From positions 1-25,658 of the forward strand of contig JBHLPR010000031.1 in assembly GCA_048939245.1 (NCBI GenBank): DNA of 25,658 bases, read 5' to 3'. A model generated the notes under the pieces. It saw nothing but the letters and a program-made list of their open reading frames with translations, was not told where the DNA came from and searched no databases. Positions 1 to 9,259 of the stretch are shown here, in pieces (position 1 is the stretch's first letter; every line of letters begins with the position of its first letter). The translations under genes and the position numbers were made by a program. This DNA comes from Promethearchaeota archaeon (GTDB taxonomy: Archaea; Asgardarchaeota; Hermodarchaeia; Hermodarchaeales; Hermodarchaeaceae).

Positions 1-2
1 GC

Positions 3-227
3 GATGCCGCCAAAAAGTGGCGCGCCAGTCATCACAATACCAAGAACCGTTGCCCGCTTCCGGTTAAACCAGGTCATGATGCTGACCTGCATGGGAAGGC
101 TGCCGCAAAGCGACCGACCGATGGGTATAAAAAGTCCATAAATAATCCATATGACCCTTACAGGAATGCCTCCACCTAATGGATTCTTTACGAACCAATA
201 TCGAACTTTACCGAGAATATCATATTG
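3..227 (-). pseudogene. Truncated MFS transporter fragment (TM4-TM5-like), running off the window edge
   Basis: Manual translation gives ...WIIYGLFIPIGRSLCGSLPMQVSIMTWFNRKRATVLGIVMTGAPLFGGI, matching the MFS 'WF.xKR..x.GI...G...GG' signature. There is an in-frame TAG at 228-230 and no standard start before ATG 92. Confidence 0.55.
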
Positions 228-299
228 CTAATTAAGACTAGATAGTCAACAATAGCAGAATATCTAATACTTGCGAGAGCCCCAATTGAGTTTATAAGC

Positions 300-430
300 G
301 AATAACAGCCACCATCTTCTTAAATCCTTAATTATTAGAATAGTTATAAAATTATTCAATACATTTTACATAATTTTTATCCAAAAATATCATATATGCA
401 GCCTTTGCACTAAGCCTCATCGGTGATTCA
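300..430 (+). promoter_or_regulatory. AT-rich promoter region and RBS of the nuo-like operon
   Basis: Very AT-rich, with TATA-like boxes (TTATAAAA ~344-351). GGTGA at 422-426 precedes GTG 431. Confidence 0.5.
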
Positions 431-802
431 GTGCAATTTACCCAGTTACCAGAACTGTTTGTCATCGGAATCTTCATTATTACTATTCTTTCTTCTGCAA
501 TCCTCATCCTCGTACTGTCTTACATCGTTAGCCCGCGTAACCCGAGTCCTCGTAAGGCCATGCCCTTTGAAAGTGGTCAAATTCCCACTGGCAAAGGACG
601 GACTCGTTTATTTATGCAATATTATCCCTACCTGCTCATGTTTCTACTTTTTGACCTAACATCAATTTTTCTTTATGCCTGGGCTTTAACCTTAAACGTT
701 CTTCCTTTAGGATCAATTATGTTTGTTGTATTCTTTATCGCAATTCTTGCATTTCCTCTGTTAATGGCTTTATATTTGTCTGGGAGACGAGAACTTTGGT
801 AG
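431..802 (+). CDS. nuoA: Complex I-like oxidoreductase subunit A
   Basis: Three TMs, PFESG loop, 'QYYPYLLMFLLFD' and a C-terminal W; first gene of the operon. Confidence 0.95.
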   Translation: MQFTQLPELFVIGIFIITILSSAILILVLSYIVSPRNPSPRKAMPFESGQIPTGKGRTRLFMQYYPYLLMFLLFDLTSIFLYAWALTLNVLPLGSIMFVVFFIAILAFPLLMALYLSGRRELW

Positions 803-1359
803 ATTATCAACTTCCAACTTCACACGAATTTCCTTGTTATGCTGCAGGCGATAAAAAAACCTTAGAACCTCCAACTGCCACAATACGAGTAGGAAGATTG
901 CGTCGTCTTGCATCAGCTCTAACCAATCTAAAACCCATCCGTTACCTCGTTAACTGGGGGCGTAAATATGCTCTATGGCCAGTTCATTTAACTGTAGCCT
1001 GTTGCAGCGTTGAGTTCGGAGCAGGAATGGGCCCGCGCTTTGATTTGGAACGATTCGGAATGATGCCCCTAGGTTCACTCCGCCAATGTGACTTATTACT
1101 AATAGAAGGTTCTGTCACGAAGAAGATGGCTTCCCGTGTTAAAATGATTTACGATCAAATGCCTGATCCGAAATATGTCATCGCAATGGGTGCCTGTGCA
1201 ATTAGCGGGGGCTTGTTTTGGGATTCTTATAGCGTTGTTCAAGGTGTTGATAAGATCATTCCAGTTGACGTGTATGTTCCTGGTTGTCCTCCTCGTCCTG
1301 AAACTCTTGCTGATGGCGTCCTTGAACTCCAACGAAAAATTCGAAATTCACGAGTGTAA
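796..1359 (+). CDS. nuoB: Complex I-like subunit B (N2-type 4Fe-4S)
   Basis: ACCSVE, RFDLERFG, YDQMPDPKYVIAMGACAISGG and VDVYVPGCPPRPE motifs. Start uncertain. Confidence 0.96.
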   Translation: MVDYQLPTSHEFPCYAAGDKKTLEPPTATIRVGRLRRLASALTNLKPIRYLVNWGRKYALWPVHLTVACCSVEFGAGMGPRFDLERFGMMPLGSLRQCDLLLIEGSVTKKMASRVKMIYDQMPDPKYVIAMGACAISGGLFWDSYSVVQGVDKIIPVDVYVPGCPPRPETLADGVLELQRKIRNSRV

Positions 1360-1364
1360 TTCAA

Positions 1365-1862
1365 GTGAAAAAGACTACCAAAACTGAATATGAACTCACC
1401 CTTGAGCTAGGTTCAGCTTTGGCTCAGAATATTCAGGAAATTGTTATTGCTAGACCAGGTCGTATTGACATTTCAGTACCTGCGTTAAAAATTCTTGATG
1501 TGGCTATTTCACTGCGTGATGATTTTGCATTTGACCAAGTAGTATCAGTGTCAGGTGTCGATTACGTTGAACAAGGAATTTTCTCGGTTATTTACCACAT
1601 CGTTATGCGAAGGGAAAAGACCTATCGTCAACTTGTTATCGCGCTTAAGACAGAAATTCCTCGAGACGCACCCCGGCTTCACACCTTAGCTTATGTTTGG
1701 CCTAGCGCTGAGTTTCAGGAACGTGAGACTCATGAATTACTAGGTATTGAATTTATTGAACACCAGAATTTGGGACCCTTTCTGTTACCTGAGGACTGGG
1801 AGGGGGGGTGGCCACTTCGCAAGGATTTCGTATGGCCCTCTTCTAAGGAGGTAGAAAAGTGA
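1365..1862 (+). CDS. nuoC: Complex I-like subunit C
   Basis: SGVDY, WPSAEFQERETHELLGIEF and LLPEDWEGGWPLRKDF motifs. Confidence 0.95.
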   Translation: MKKTTKTEYELTLELGSALAQNIQEIVIARPGRIDISVPALKILDVAISLRDDFAFDQVVSVSGVDYVEQGIFSVIYHIVMRREKTYRQLVIALKTEIPRDAPRLHTLAYVWPSAEFQERETHELLGIEFIEHQNLGPFLLPEDWEGGWPLRKDFVWPSSKEVEK

Positions 1863-2953
1863 CAAAAGTCAATGATGAACCCTTCGAAATAAGTGTTGGA
1901 CCTCAACATCCAGGTTCAGGTCATTTCCGACTTTTGATTCAGCTTGACGGAGATACAATAGTTAAGGCGAAACCAGATCCAGGCTATGTTCATAGGGGTG
2001 TTGAAAAAAGCGCAGAAAATAGGACTTTTCTCAACGTTATTCCAATGCTGGAACGCGTCTGTCTTCCTGATGTCAATCACCACGCTTTGGGATATGTTCA
2101 CGCTGTGGAAGAAATACTTGAGGTGACCCCCCCTGAGCGAGCACAATTTTTGCGAGTGATTATGTGTGAACTTAATCGAATTATGTCTCACCTTTATTGG
2201 TTGTCTATTTTTGGCATTTTCGTTGGACATTCAACGGCTTTCATGTGGGCTTTTGCTGATCGTGAAGCTGTTATCGATTTGATGGAGTGGGTAACTGGTT
2301 CTCGAATCTCCTATTTTGCTATAGTACCTGGTGGAGTAAGGTTTGATGTTCCACTCGGATTCGAAGAACGGACGAACGAAGTTCTCAACTTTCTTGAAAA
2401 GCGCTTCGATGAACACTCGCGCATGTTCTTTCATAATTCAATCCTTCGAAATCGAGCCATGAGAACAGGGATATTACCCGCAGATGAAGCAATACGACTT
2501 GGTGTTGTTGGACCTACTCTTCGTGGCTCAGGAATTGACTCCGATATTCGTGTAGATGAACCATATGATGCATACAAAAAGCTCGATGTTCCAATCGCGA
2601 TTAATGACGAATGCGATTCATATGCGCGATGTCTAGTACGGCTTGATGAAATGCGGAATAGTGTCTCAATCATTCGTCAAGCACTTAATGATTTACCAGA
2701 AGGAGAATTCCGGGTCAGAATTCCGTCACGAGTTAAAGAAGGAACATGTTTCACACGAGTTGAAGCAGCTCGTGGTGAACTCTGTCATTATTTGGTCACG
2801 GACGGTTCCAATAAGCCATACCGACTCAAAATAGCTACACCAAGTTTCCGAAACTTATCAGCTATACCATATGTCTTGCACGGCTGGCATCTAGCTGATA
2901 TGCCAACTAATTACATGAGTCTTGATTATTGGCCCGTTGATGCAGACAGATAG
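1859..2953 (+). CDS. nuoD: Complex I-like subunit D (no NiFe site)
   Basis: GPQHP, GYVHRGVEK, ELNRIMSHL, EAARGE, PYRLKI and terminal DADR. AAGGAGG RBS; no CxxC pairs. Confidence 0.95.
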   Translation: MTKVNDEPFEISVGPQHPGSGHFRLLIQLDGDTIVKAKPDPGYVHRGVEKSAENRTFLNVIPMLERVCLPDVNHHALGYVHAVEEILEVTPPERAQFLRVIMCELNRIMSHLYWLSIFGIFVGHSTAFMWAFADREAVIDLMEWVTGSRISYFAIVPGGVRFDVPLGFEERTNEVLNFLEKRFDEHSRMFFHNSILRNRAMRTGILPADEAIRLGVVGPTLRGSGIDSDIRVDEPYDAYKKLDVPIAINDECDSYARCLVRLDEMRNSVSIIRQALNDLPEGEFRVRIPSRVKEGTCFTRVEAARGELCHYLVTDGSNKPYRLKIATPSFRNLSAIPYVLHGWHLADMPTNYMSLDYWPVDADR

Positions 2954-2962
2954 GTGAAAACA

Positions 2963-4114
2963 ATGCAAGCGATACCAAATATCATTGAAATCATTGCGGG
3001 CTTAATTGCATTTACACTAATTCACCTTCCTGATTTTATTCGCGTCTTAATATTCCCTGGTTTCCTCACACTCACTTTAGCCGCTTACCTGATGGTATGG
3101 TTCGAACGGAAATTTTTAGCAAAAATTCAAATGCGAGTTGGACCGCAGTACGCAGGACGCTTTGGTGGAATATTGCAACCCGTTGCAGATTTTCTAAAAC
3201 TGTTTTTTAAAGAACACATCGTTCCTGAAAAAGCTGATCGATTATTTTTCCGTGTCGTTCCAATTGTATTTCTCACTTTGGCATCTCTCCCCATAATTGT
3301 GATACCTTTTGGATCATCAATTCTACCTATTCCTAACGCTACTTTTCAGGTATGGACACCACATATAGTCTCTTGGGTAATAATTAGTGAAGGCTTCGTG
3401 GCAACATATGGCTTGCTTATTTTCTTTGCTATCTCAGCACTCTTTCCGATGGTTGTTCTTATCGCCGGATGGGCAAGCAATAGCAAATACCCTTTCATTG
3501 GGGGAGTCCGTTCACTCTTTCAACAAGTTTCCTATGAGATTCCCATGTGGATATCAGCTTTAGCAGTCGTGGTGTTAAGCGGAACAATTAATCTGACACT
3601 AATTACATCCTCACAACAACAGATTTGGTTTATTATCCCCCTATTTCTTTCAGCCCTCATTTTCTTCATCGCTATTGTAGCAGAACTTGAGAGAATCCCT
3701 TTTGACTTACCTGAAGCTGAACCCGAAATTGTATCTGGGTGGATGACTGAATATTCTGGAGCGCCATTTCTACTCATCTATCTAAGCTTCTATGTCAAAA
3801 TGTTCACTGTTGCAGCACTATTCACAACTCTCTTCCTAGGAGGATGGCTCCCATTCCCCTTTTTCGCAGGTGGAATGTTAACCCCACCACTACCAGTTCT
3901 GTTTCCTAACTTTCTTCCAGAACCGATATGGTTTCTTGTAAAAGTTGGACTAGTTACTATAGTAATTATATTCTTGAGAGGAGTCTATCCCCGAACACGT
4001 CTAGACCAAATTTTGCGTGTAGCGTGGTCCATCTGGATTCCACTTTCATTTGTGGCTTTATTTCTTGCTGCATCTATGGTAATTTTTGGTATATTTCCGA
4101 TAGGAGGATTATAA
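2963..4114 (+). CDS. nuoH: Complex I-like subunit H
   Basis: ERKFLAKIQMRVGP, GILQPVADFLKLFFKE, SNSKY and RIPFDLPEAEPE..G..TEYSG. ATG 2963 follows a GGTGA RBS (ORF track starts at 2954). Confidence 0.96.
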   Translation: MQAIPNIIEIIAGLIAFTLIHLPDFIRVLIFPGFLTLTLAAYLMVWFERKFLAKIQMRVGPQYAGRFGGILQPVADFLKLFFKEHIVPEKADRLFFRVVPIVFLTLASLPIIVIPFGSSILPIPNATFQVWTPHIVSWVIISEGFVATYGLLIFFAISALFPMVVLIAGWASNSKYPFIGGVRSLFQQVSYEIPMWISALAVVVLSGTINLTLITSSQQQIWFIIPLFLSALIFFIAIVAELERIPFDLPEAEPEIVSGWMTEYSGAPFLLIYLSFYVKMFTVAALFTTLFLGGWLPFPFFAGGMLTPPLPVLFPNFLPEPIWFLVKVGLVTIVIIFLRGVYPRTRLDQILRVAWSIWIPLSFVALFLAASMVIFGIFPIGGL

Positions 4115-4116
4115 GA

Positions 4117-4587
4117 GTGGTAAGATTAATTGATTCAATTCGACCATTAATCTCTGGACTCAAACACATTTTCTGGAACCGGTTAACTATAAAATATCCA
4201 GACCAAAGACTTGAACTTCCTAAAAAAGAAAGAGGGCGTCATTTCTTAAAACTAGAACGCTGTATCGGATGTGGACAATGTGAACGAATCTGTCCAACAA
4301 TAGCCATTCATTTACAGAGCCTTAAGGAAAAATATTCTGAAAAAAACAAAAGAAACCGGTATCCAAGTATTGATTTTGGTCGGTGCTGTTTTTGTGATCT
4401 TTGCATTGAGGTATGTCCAACGAACGCATTAGAACACACTGATTTCTTTGAACTCTCAAACCTAACTAAGCCGCCGTTATATCTGTCTCCCATCGATTTT
4501 GCTAAGAAACCTGAGGCAAAAGGTTGGCGAAAAAAACAGAAACGAAAAGTCATGCAAATCAGTCGCAGGGGATTATATCATGATTGA
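4117..4587 (+). CDS. nuoI: Complex I-like subunit I (2x[4Fe-4S])
   Basis: TIKYP, CIGCGQCERICP and CCFCDLCIEVCP. GTG 4117 follows AGGAGG. Confidence 0.95.
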   Translation: MVRLIDSIRPLISGLKHIFWNRLTIKYPDQRLELPKKERGRHFLKLERCIGCGQCERICPTIAIHLQSLKEKYSEKNKRNRYPSIDFGRCCFCDLCIEVCPTNALEHTDFFELSNLTKPPLYLSPIDFAKKPEAKGWRKKQKRKVMQISRRGLYHD

Positions 4588-5116
4588 AGTAAGTGATATC
4601 TTATTCTACACAGTAGCAGTAATAATTATTCTATCTGCAATCCTTGCTCTAGAATCTCGTGATCTCATTTACGGAGCAATATCATTATCCATAACGTTTG
4701 TTGGAGTTGCATTTCTTTTCATATTACTCGGAGCAGCTTATGTCGCTATATTCCAGATTGCTATGTATATCGGAGCTGTGGTAGTTCTCATCCTCTTCAC
4801 CGTAATGGTAGTTGGAAGTAGTCAAAGTAAACCAAGGGATGAAAAACGGAGTGCCCGAATCGAACGAACATTAGAAGCTGGAGCTGCAATTATTGCTGTA
4901 TTCACTATAATTGCGTTAATATTCACTTTGGGTACTAGCTTATTCACAATTGCAGGTCCTTACAATCTTACACTAATCGATATAGGAATTGCTCTCTTCT
5001 CACAATATGGTCTCGTATTCATAATAATGGGTCTTGTTGTGGCATCAAGCCTTATGGGTGCTTTAACGCTTGCAAAAATCGAATCAAGGAAGGTAAATAA
5101 TGATACCAATAATTAA
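4580..5116 (+). CDS. nuoJ: Complex I-like subunit J
   Basis: Hydrophobic, with 'AIFQIAMYIGAVVVLILFTVM'. ATG 4580 overlaps the nuoI end. Confidence 0.93.
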   Translation: MIEVSDILFYTVAVIIILSAILALESRDLIYGAISLSITFVGVAFLFILLGAAYVAIFQIAMYIGAVVVLILFTVMVVGSSQSKPRDEKRSARIERTLEAGAAIIAVFTIIALIFTLGTSLFTIAGPYNLTLIDIGIALFSQYGLVFIIMGLVVASSLMGALTLAKIESRKVNNDTNN

Positions 5117-5408
5117 TTACTTAATCTTGGCTGTAATCCTTCTGGCTCTTGGTCTATACGGAATCATGAGAAAGCGTAATGCCATTCGAATGCTGTTTAG
5201 CATTGAGCTGATTTACAATGCCGTAAACATTACAGTCATAGCTCTAGCTCGTTTTTTCCAACCTACAACCGTAGTCGGGCAGGTTGTAGTATTATTTACG
5301 ATTGCGATAGCAGCCTCAGAAGCGGCATTAGGCTTAGCCCTTATTTTGGTTATCTATCGCCTGTACGGGGATATTGACATTCGAAAACTGACTAAACTAA
5401 AGGGGTAG
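5100..5408 (+). CDS. nuoK: Complex I-like subunit K
   Basis: RKRNAIRMLFSIELIYNA and AASEAALGLA, with both conserved Glu present. Confidence 0.96.
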   Translation: MIPIINYLILAVILLALGLYGIMRKRNAIRMLFSIELIYNAVNITVIALARFFQPTTVVGQVVVLFTIAIAASEAALGLALILVIYRLYGDIDIRKLTKLKG

Positions 5409-5447
5409 AAAAAAACGCAGATAATTTTAGACTTTATATATTCAATT

Positions 5448-6947
5448 GTGATGTTGCTCGAGCCAACACTTCTTTTACAAACTATTTTGGTTCCAATTGT
5501 TGCTACACCATTTGTATATTTAATCGGCAAACGAGTTGGAATACGCGTTGGTTGGCTAGTAGCCGCCCTGTTATTTTATTCGACCTTCTTGCTCAGCATA
5601 GGATCAATTTTTGGAATTGTCCAAGCTTCTTACCCTTGGTATCCTATTGGAGAATTTGGCTTCCGTCTCGATGGATTGAGTGCTCAATTCGCATTGATTA
5701 TCTCTCTTCTCTCGGCCCTTATCGCCATTTACTCTATGCCCTACATGAAACATCGTGTTGAGGGGAATGAGAATGCTAACCAACAATCTGCTGCGTATTT
5801 TGCTTTATTTCTCCTTTATTCTACTGGCATGCTGGGGGCGGTTCTCGCAACCAACCTTATAGAATTCTACTTATTTTTCGAATTAATGTTAGTTCCATCC
5901 TATTTTATCATCGCTCAATGGGGATATGGGGACCGCGAGAAAGTAAGCATGATCTATTTTATGTGGACGCATATAGGAGCGCTTGTATTGTTGGCAGGAC
6001 TCCTCGCAACAGGATTCCTCGCAGGAGGATTCAATATTGCGTCTATCACTGAGATTGTTATACCAGAAATATTTCGTGTGGGGATCATTGTTGCAATTTC
6101 GTTTGGGTTTCTAGTAAAGATGGCAGTTTTTGGTGTTCATGTCTGGCTACCACATGCTCATGCTGAAGCGCCGACACCCATTAGTGCAATGCTTTCCCCG
6201 CTAATGATTGGAATTGGAGGCTATGGTTTAACTCGATTAGTCATTTTAATTTTTCCAACAACATTTCAAGCTATTAGCATATATTTCGCGATTTTGGCTC
6301 TGCTTACTATGTTTTACGGAGGGATTATGGCAATTGCCCAAACCGATATCAAACGACTATTAGCATATTCCAGTGTTTCTCAAATGGGATACATCCTTTT
6401 TGGTCTAGCATCTTTTCAATTCTTTGGAATCGTTGGAGCAACATTTCATTATATCAGCCATGCAACCTGTAAAGCGATCCTCTTCTTAACTGCCGGAGCG
6501 ATTATTTTACAAGCAGATGGAATCCGAGATATTTCTGGCATGGGGGGACTTGTTCAACGAATGCCGGTTACTGCAACAGCGGCCATAATTGGTTTCCTAG
6601 GGATCCTTGGGTTTCCATCAACCAACGGTTTTCAAAGCGAATGGATGATCTTTGCGGGGGCATTTGGTAACGCTCTAGCGAATAACTCGTTAACGCTATT
6701 GATTATTGCAGCAATAGGTGTTATTGCCACTGTCTTTACAGCGGGATATTCTCTTTGGACTATCCGACGCATATTCTTTGGAGAACTACCCGAGGGGCTA
6801 AAAAATGTTGCAAGACCAAGCAAAAAGATTACAGTCCCACTCATAATTTTGGCGATCATCACTATCGTCCTGGGACTTTATCCTGAGCTTGTAGTTGCGC
6901 CTGTAAAAGCCGTCATTGAAAGTATAATACCATTTCCAGGAGTCTAG
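5448..6947 (+). CDS. nuoM: Antiporter-like subunit M, copy 1 (atypical TM8)
   Basis: DGLS, FFELMLVP, KMAVFGVHVWLPHAHAEAPTP, DIKRLLAYSSVSQMGY and GFQSE. Confidence 0.9.
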   Translation: MMLLEPTLLLQTILVPIVATPFVYLIGKRVGIRVGWLVAALLFYSTFLLSIGSIFGIVQASYPWYPIGEFGFRLDGLSAQFALIISLLSALIAIYSMPYMKHRVEGNENANQQSAAYFALFLLYSTGMLGAVLATNLIEFYLFFELMLVPSYFIIAQWGYGDREKVSMIYFMWTHIGALVLLAGLLATGFLAGGFNIASITEIVIPEIFRVGIIVAISFGFLVKMAVFGVHVWLPHAHAEAPTPISAMLSPLMIGIGGYGLTRLVILIFPTTFQAISIYFAILALLTMFYGGIMAIAQTDIKRLLAYSSVSQMGYILFGLASFQFFGIVGATFHYISHATCKAILFLTAGAIILQADGIRDISGMGGLVQRMPVTATAAIIGFLGILGFPSTNGFQSEWMIFAGAFGNALANNSLTLLIIAAIGVIATVFTAGYSLWTIRRIFFGELPEGLKNVARPSKKITVPLIILAIITIVLGLYPELVVAPVKAVIESIIPFPGV

Positions 6948-6953
6948 TAGCCC

Positions 6954-9254
6954 ATGTGGTTTAGTCTAGAATTAGCCGCACAATTGATGGTAATCACCCC
7001 TCAAGAAATGCTGGGGGTCCTATTTTTCTGGGTATTTCCAATTCCCTTTATAGGGGCACTATTGACTCCACTTGTAGGAAGAATTAATCCGAAACTTAGA
7101 GACTATTTTGCCGTTTTTATTAGCTTCCTAGCAGCACTTGCAGCTACAGCTCTTATACCAATTGTACTAGGTGTAAGTTTTCCTTTCCCTCTTCCACCAT
7201 GGCAATTGCCTTGGATCCCAACCCTGGGTATAACGGTGGGTGTTTTAATCGATCCACTTAGTGTGTTTATGGCGAACATTGTCGCCTGGCTTACATTTCT
7301 CATAATGGTTTACAGCTTAGGATATATGAAGGGAGAGGCGAGTCTCACTCGCTATTGGATTTTCATGAACCTTTTCCTCGGAAGCATGCTGCTAATTGTA
7401 ATGTCGGATAACTTGCTTCAACTGTTCTTTGGCTGGGAGGGAGTCGGACTTTGCTCATATCAACTTATTGGCTTTTATTATACTGATCAACGGGACAAAT
7501 GGGTTGGGGTGCCCGGTGAAACTGCATTAGGCGTCGATATGGCCTATCCGCCAAGTCATGCTGGAATGAAAGCATTTATCGTTACTAGGATTGGAGACGT
7601 TTTCCTTCTTGCAGGAATACTTGTTATTGGACTAACAGCAGGAACATTTAGCTTTATTGAACTAGCTGAACATACACCATGGGCTGCTCAGCTTGCGAGT
7701 GTGGGCTTATTAGTTCCAGTTTGTCTTTCCATATTTATTGGTGCAGTTGGAAAATCCGCACAATTTCCTTTACATGAATGGTTGCCTGACGCAATGGCAG
7801 GACCTACATCTGTTTCTGCATTAATCCATGCAGCTACTATGGTGAAAGCAGGCGTATATCTAGTAGCAAGGATGGCGCCCCTTTTCTATACTCTTTTGTA
7901 CACATATGGAGGAGTACAGATCTTTTTCTACACTGTTGCTGGAATCGGAGTTTTCACGGCATTTCTAGCAGGTACACAAGCACTCGTCTCAAGTGAAATT
8001 AAGAAAGTTCTTGCATATTCTACCGTCTCCCAAATTGGCTATATGATGTTAGGTCTGGGTGCAGCAGGGCTTGCACCAGATTTTGCAGGGGGTTATGTTG
8101 CGAGTCTTTTTCATTTAATGAGTCATGCCATTTTCAAAGCTTCACTTTTCATGGCGGCAGGGGCAGTTATCCACACGGTTGAATCTCGTTTTCTTGATGA
8201 CATGGGAGGTCTCAAGCACGTTATGCGTATAACCTACATAGCAATGATCTTGGGAGTTCTTTCTCTTTCAGGTGTTTTTCCTTTCTCGGGATTTTGGTCT
8301 AAGGACGCAGTTTTACTTGCTACATATTCAACTGGTAATATTGTCTTCTTCGCTTTAGGAATTGTTACTGCAGGTCTAACAATTCTCTATAGCTTTCGGA
8401 TGATCGGTATGGTGTTCCATTCACCTAAGAGCGCTCACTTAAAGCACTTAGAAGATGAAGGACACCAGCTTCACACTCCGGGTAAACTATTCTGGGTACC
8501 ATACGGGATTCTCGCTGTAGTTAGCCTTGTCCTTGGTTTCGCAGGACCACTTCTTGAGAGTGGTCTTCATATCTTCTTTGAACCACTCCTTCATGGAATA
8601 AGCAGTAACGGCGGAGCTATAGATCAGAGTCTTGCATTGGTTACAACCTGGACAGCCTCCGCGGCTGCATTATCCATTGGGGGGTTGCTTGGATACCTAC
8701 TTTACATCCACCCCTCCTTTGATATTCATAAAGCAGTTAAGCAGAACAGCATACTACGGGCATTCAACAAGTTCCTTGTTAATCGATGGTACATAAATCC
8801 CCTGTTCTACAAAATCTTCGTGTACGGAACAATTCAGGCTAGCACTAGCGCTTATAGACGAATTGAGATTGGAGGAATTGACCAACTCAATGTCAAAGTT
8901 GCACCAGCAATTATTCGAGGATCGAAGACAGTATACCATACCGTTGAACAACGCGGATTTGACTCCGCGAATACAGGATTTGCAAAACTTGGAATCAAAG
9001 CATCACGGGTAGCAGATTGGTTTGATGTTAAAGCTATCGATGCAATTGCCAACAAAATCAAGGGAGTTGGAGATTGGCTCTCCCGTAAGGTACGACGCCT
9101 CCAAACTGGTATTACTCACCAATACGTGTTCGCTCTGGTTGCAGGCCTTGTAGTTGTTATTTTACTATTTGAGCCACTGCTTCTGTTTACACCAATGGTC
9201 CTAGTAGTGATCATTGTGATTGTCGTTATTACCGCAATTCTCGCCTTGAGGTGA
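6954..9254 (+). CDS. nuoL: Antiporter-like subunit L with extended lateral helix
   Basis: GWEGVGLCSY, KSAQFPLHEWLPDAMAGPTSVSALIHAATMVKAG, KKVLAYST, GFWSKD and LQTG. Confidence 0.96.
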   Translation: MWFSLELAAQLMVITPQEMLGVLFFWVFPIPFIGALLTPLVGRINPKLRDYFAVFISFLAALAATALIPIVLGVSFPFPLPPWQLPWIPTLGITVGVLIDPLSVFMANIVAWLTFLIMVYSLGYMKGEASLTRYWIFMNLFLGSMLLIVMSDNLLQLFFGWEGVGLCSYQLIGFYYTDQRDKWVGVPGETALGVDMAYPPSHAGMKAFIVTRIGDVFLLAGILVIGLTAGTFSFIELAEHTPWAAQLASVGLLVPVCLSIFIGAVGKSAQFPLHEWLPDAMAGPTSVSALIHAATMVKAGVYLVARMAPLFYTLLYTYGGVQIFFYTVAGIGVFTAFLAGTQALVSSEIKKVLAYSTVSQIGYMMLGLGAAGLAPDFAGGYVASLFHLMSHAIFKASLFMAAGAVIHTVESRFLDDMGGLKHVMRITYIAMILGVLSLSGVFPFSGFWSKDAVLLATYSTGNIVFFALGIVTAGLTILYSFRMIGMVFHSPKSAHLKHLEDEGHQLHTPGKLFWVPYGILAVVSLVLGFAGPLLESGLHIFFEPLLHGISSNGGAIDQSLALVTTWTASAAALSIGGLLGYLLYIHPSFDIHKAVKQNSILRAFNKFLVNRWYINPLFYKIFVYGTIQASTSAYRRIEIGGIDQLNVKVAPAIIRGSKTVYHTVEQRGFDSANTGFAKLGIKASRVADWFDVKAIDAIANKIKGVGDWLSRKVRRLQTGITHQYVFALVAGLVVVILLFEPLLLFTPMVLVVIIVIVVITAILALR

Positions 9255-9259
9255 ATCAA

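Noticed and set aside
796-2953. Group 4 [NiFe]-hydrogenase interpretation
   Set aside because: The large subunit lacks both CxxC nickel-binding motifs, and NuoB has the tandem CC typical of complex I-like enzymes.
3928-4579. Long N-terminal extensions of nuoI (3928) and nuoJ (4499), likewise 15502, 17133 and 21247 for other genes
   Set aside because: They overlap upstream genes or promoter DNA. Downstream starts, most with an RBS or stop/start coupling, give family-typical lengths.
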